Source: the human T2T-CHM13v2.0 reference genome, Homo sapiens
NCBI RefSeq assembly: GCF_009914755.1
Contig: NC_060937.1
Strand: one strand, 5' to 3'
DNA length: 64,000 nucleotides
This document shows positions 63,665 to 64,000 of this stretch, piece after piece. How positions within the stretch are numbered: position 1 is the stretch's first letter; each line of letters begins with the position of its first letter. The position numbers were made by a program, and so were the translations under genes. The notes beneath the pieces are model-generated. The model was not told where the DNA came from. It saw only the letters and a program-made list of their open reading frames with translations, and made no database searches.

Positions 63665-63967
63665 GGCTGGGCGCAGTGGCTCATGTCTGTAATCTCAGCA
63701 CTTTGGGAGGCAGAGGCAGGAGAATCACTTGAGGTTAGTGGTTTGAGACCAGCCTGGCCAACATGGTGAAACCCCATCTCTACTAAAAATACAAAAATTA
63801 GCTGGGTGTGGTGGTATGTGCCTTTAGTCCTAGCTACTTGGGACGCTGGGGCAGGAGAATCGCTCAAACTGGGAGGCAGAGGTTAGGTTGCAGTGAGCCA
63901 AAATCACGCCACTGCACTCCAGCCTGGGCAACAGTGAGACTCTGTCTCAAAAAAAAAAAAAAAAAAG
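63665..63967 (+). mobile_element. Alu
   Basis: Canonical sense Alu. Confidence 0.9.
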
Positions 63968-64000
63968 ATAAAATTAATAAGCCAATAATGGAGATACAAT

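Overview
This window is human (primate) genomic DNA, not a prokaryotic locus. It contains no rRNA, tRNA or CRISPR features. Its structure is exons separated by long introns filled with Alu, L1 and MIR repeats.

The main content is the 3' portion of PARP4 (vault poly(ADP-ribose) polymerase) on the minus strand. I reconstructed 17 consecutive coding exons between about 57270 and 18250. They total 3042 nt, or 1013 codons plus a TAA stop. All junctions use canonical GT/AG splice sites and the exon phases are consistent throughout. The exons cover the VIT and vWA domains through to the C-terminal ...HYSQG* end. An AATAAA polyadenylation signal lies about 170 nt after the stop codon. The intact frame suggests the functional gene, not a PARP4P pseudogene copy.

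About 12 kb beyond the PARP4 3' end, on the plus strand, are three spliceable exons (5286-6433). They encode a PTEN/TPTE-type phosphatase catalytic core, including an ...IHCKGGKG P-loop. I could not find later exons; the downstream sequence is L1 fragments. I interpret this as a truncated TPTE2-like pseudogene.

The rest of the window is about 45 Alu elements, several L1 fragments, MIRs, microsatellites and an 18-bp minisatellite. The L1 content includes a roughly 4.3 kb L1 with an internal deletion.

I found no novel biological system. The findings are splice-architecture, repeat and regulatory oddities.

All coordinates were derived by hand from the printed sequence, with the ORF track used as anchors. 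Treat exon boundaries as +/-2 nt and repeat boundaries as +/-10-20 nt.
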